Source: Hormiphora californensis (taxonomy: Eukaryota; Animalia; Ctenophora). From it: a stretch of 64,000 bases of DNA. The translations under genes and the position numbers were made by a program. Shown here piece by piece: positions 63,746-64,000 of the stretch; within the stretch, counting starts at the first letter, position 1; the number at the start of each line of letters is the position of its first letter. The notes beneath the pieces were generated by a model that saw nothing but the letters and a program-made list of their open reading frames with translations, did not search any database and was not told the origin of the DNA. The DNA lies in assembly GCA_020137815.1 (NCBI GenBank), contig CM035356.1:8184001-8248000 (forward strand), read 5' to 3'.

Positions 63746-64000
63746 TCCTGCAAGCTTGGAGGATTTGTTAACTACAGGCACGACAACGTGAGAGACTTTA
63801 TTGCGAAAGAGCTTAGCACTGTCGGCCTCGATACCAAGGTCGAACCTCACCTTCTCAACGTTCGGGGGACGTCCCTTCCAGCTGGGACCATAGGGATCCC
63901 TAAAAAAGTTCAGTATTTACACAGAGTTTACACAGTCTTTACACAGTCGTTACACCCAGAGCGCCCGCGCCGCTCTGGGTGTAAAGACTGCGTCTTTCGC

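Overview
Eukaryotic (animal) genomic DNA with compact, intron-rich genes and very dense transposon-derived repeats. The gene style (short GT-AG introns, a nested antisense gene, acceptor-like sites just before start codons) suggests an early-branching invertebrate such as a ctenophore, but this is inference. Spliced genes reconstructed by eye with consistent exon phases: (1) a Ser/Pro-rich protein with a coiled coil (1125-3750,+); (2) FOXRED2-like flavoprotein (4619-~16979,+); (3) a glypican (24342-17283,-) hosting (4) an intronless antisense GPCR in an intron; (5) a protein resembling coral skeletal acidic proteins (SAARP/CARP4) with a Gly-Lys-Asp-Asn repeat insert (29028-34617,+); (6) a small secreted Cys-rich protein with an RRKR site (52100-55021,+). 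Mobile DNA includes long foldback elements (Tc1/mariner, Kolobok, Mutator-like, Harbinger and Transib signatures), a Penelope-type palindrome with hammerhead ribozymes, a HERO-like non-LTR fragment between 200-bp direct repeats, two non-autonomous LTR elements, Crypton-like and Helitron-like elements, and an orphan viral F-type fusion-protein fragment. Most notable: two unrelated Transib-type elements whose ends differ by one helical turn (RSS 12/23-like), tandem arrays of decoy 3' splice sites, an LTR carrying tandem copies of its own primer-binding site, and the SAARP-like gene. Exon coordinates are hand-derived and approximate; no database searches were run.
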